From NCBI GenBank assembly GCA_963743085.1, contig CAVUOU010000034.1:3679-67678 (forward strand): a stretch of DNA of 64,000 nucleotides, in the 5' to 3' direction. Numbering within the stretch: the first letter of the stretch is position 1; each line of letters begins with the position of its first letter. Origin of the DNA: an uncultured Actinomycetota bacterium (GTDB taxonomy: Bacteria > Actinomycetota > Actinomycetes > Streptosporangiales > Streptosporangiaceae). The position numbers and the translations under genes are program-made. Positions 61,383 to 64,000 of the stretch are shown here, piece by piece. Below the pieces are notes generated by a model, which saw only the letters and a program-made list of their open reading frames with translations, ran no database searches and was not told the DNA's origin.

Positions 61383-61869
61383 ACGCGGGGGCGCGGGGTG
61401 CGTCCGGCGGGGAGCCTGAGGCCAGCAGGGGGAGGTCGCGCCGGGCGATGACCTCCGACAGCGCGATCGCGCTAGTGGACCGGGCGACGGCGGGGGATGA
61501 GTCGATCCGCAGCAGCGTGACCTGCAGGTCCGCGTGCGAGGTGGCCGCGACCTTGCACAGCAGGTCACCGGTGCCGGTGATCGCGTAGGCCTCGAGCACG
61601 CCGGGAATCGCGCGCAGGTCGGCGGTGACCCGCTCAAGCGCGCCCTGCGCGATCTCCAGCGTGACGAACGCCTGCACCCCGTACCCGGCCGAGGCCAGGT
61701 CAATATCGGGCCCATAGCCGGTGATCACCCCGGCCCGCTCCAGCCGGTCAAGCCGCGCCTGCACGGTGGCCCGCGCCACCCCGGTCAGCCGGGACAACTG
61801 CAGCGCACCGGCCCGCGGGTTATCCCGGAGCGCTGTCAGCAGTGCCAGATCGAGCGAGTCAATCTGCAT
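61336..61869 (-). CDS. Lrp/AsnC-family transcriptional regulator
   Basis: LDLALLTALRDNPRAGALQLSRLTGVARATVQARLDRLERAGVI HTH plus a RAM domain. Divergent from hppD. Confidence 0.7.
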   Translation of the reverse strand: MQIDSLDLALLTALRDNPRAGALQLSRLTGVARATVQARLDRLERAGVITGYGPDIDLASAGYGVQAFVTLEIAQGALERVTADLRAIPGVLEAYAITGTGDLLCKVAATSHADLQVTLLRIDSSPAVARSTSAIALSEVIARRDLPLLASGSPPDAPRAPAFRRAARGRLRCLGGL

Positions 61870-61871
61870 AG

Positions 61872-63125
<1,254 letters not shown>

Positions 63126-63126
63126 T

Positions 63127-63836
63127 AAAACCGGGCTGACCAGCATCAGCAGAGCATCGTCACGCATCGGCCGGTCCACGGCATGCGTGTGCAACGCGGC
63201 GAGCAGCCCGTCCAGCAGCGCGTCGCCGTCGCGCCCTGAGACTTGGTGGGCGGCGGCCGCGCTGGCCGCGAGCGGGAAGAACTCGCGGGCGGCGTCGCGG
63301 GCTTCGCTGACTCCGTCGGTGTACAGCAGCAGCCGGTCCGAGCTAGTGAACCGGAAGGTACCCGGCGAGCACCATCCGTCGGCCATGTCCAGCAGCCCGA
63401 GCGGGGGAGCGGGCTGGTAGCTGTCGATGAAGGTCGCGGTGCCTGCGCTCAGCAGCAACGGCGGCGGGTGGCCGCAGCAGACGAACTCGGCCCAGGACTG
63501 GCTGTCGAAGTTCGCCATCAGCGCGGTGACGAAACGCTCCGGGTGCTGGGACTTCGTGACCAGGCCGTGCAGCCGGACGGCCGCCCCGGCCAGCGTCGGC
63601 TCGGTCCGGGCGATGGCCCGCCATCCGGCCAGGATCTCGGCGCCGGTCTGGCTGGCCGCTATGCCGGTCCCCATCACATCCCCGATCAGCACCCGCAGGC
63701 CAAACTTGGTCTGTGCCACGTCGTAGATGTCGCCGCCACGGACCTGAGCAGGGAGGTGCCGCACGAGTACACTCCACCCCCCGGTCCAGGTCGTGCCGAC
63801 CGGGTCGAACTGGTGTGACCGCTCCCGCTCAGTCAT
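63127..63836 (-). CDS. PP2C/SpoIIE-family serine phosphatase domain protein (3' end uncertain, no in-frame stop)
   Basis: GGDIYDV, LIGDVMGTGIAAS, HPPPLLL and LLLYTDGVSEAR motifs. The reading frame runs on, antisense through hppD, to 62118, so the true stop is missing or shifted. Confidence 0.45.
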
Positions 63837-64000
63837 CTCACCGCGAGTGTAGTGATTCGGTAGCAACTTGTTGCCGGTTACTCACGGGTCGGGTTACCTA
63901 TTTTCGCTGTATTCGCCACAGCCGGTAACGGGCGTGCATCGCGCTTTCCTCGCCGAGCCGGAGCAGCATGGCCGAGCCGTAGGCGCGAATGGTCTCCGGT

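Overview
This is a high-GC (about 70%) Actinomycetota chromosomal segment, Streptomyces/Frankia-like in gene content. I found no rRNA, tRNA, CRISPR array or recognisable transposase.

The left third (about 0.4-22.5 kb) looks accessory and partly decayed. It holds a multiply frameshifted secA-derived fragment and two DUF222/REP13E12-type HNH paralogs in direct orientation at 2.2-3.9 kb and 20.2-21.7 kb. A truncated DUF574 methyltransferase stub marks an insertion or deletion scar. Next to it is a minus-strand defence island at 7.4-12.5 kb: a McrC-family nuclease homolog with no McrB GTPase, a PUA-like+HNH_2 protein, a SEC-C-motif protein, and an XRE-HTH/ImmA-IrrE metallopeptidase with a translationally coupled PIN-like (DUF4411-like) protein. 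A second minus-strand operon at 13.7-18.7 kb encodes a Crp/Fnr cNMP-binding regulator, a stand-alone class-III nucleotidyl-cyclase-like protein and a STAND/NB-ARC-like NTPase with a degenerate Walker A. The cyclase C-terminus and the NTPase N-terminus share a 17-aa motif, RFYQNTG[AD]GQQ[IL]NADTI. This looks like a split version of mycobacterial cyclase-STAND proteins plus unknown partners. These two operons are my best candidates for an undescribed system.

The right two-thirds is core-like:
- 22.5-33.8 kb: MFS/MarR pair, inositol monophosphatase family protein, LysM-transglycosylase, PIG-L deacetylase, NfeD-flotillin operon and a DAGK-like lipid kinase.
- 33.8-45 kb: zwf-gnd-pgi cluster, malQ, two-domain geosmin synthase, an adjacent heptad-repeat coiled-coil protein built from 21-bp DNA repeats, enoyl-CoA hydratase and an SDR oxidoreductase.
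- 45-64 kb: nadK, FAD disulfide oxidoreductase, fumC, DyP peroxidase carrying an encapsulin targeting peptide plus the encapsulin shell gene, GH53, an OmpR/HK two-component system, cydAB, an LLM/FMN-reductase pair, Lrp-hppD and a PP2C phosphatase.

About ten genes carry frameshifts, in-frame stops or missing stops, including the core gene cydA. Either the consensus has indel errors or this lineage is accumulating pseudogenes. Several intergenic regions hold tandem repeats and long perfect palindromes.
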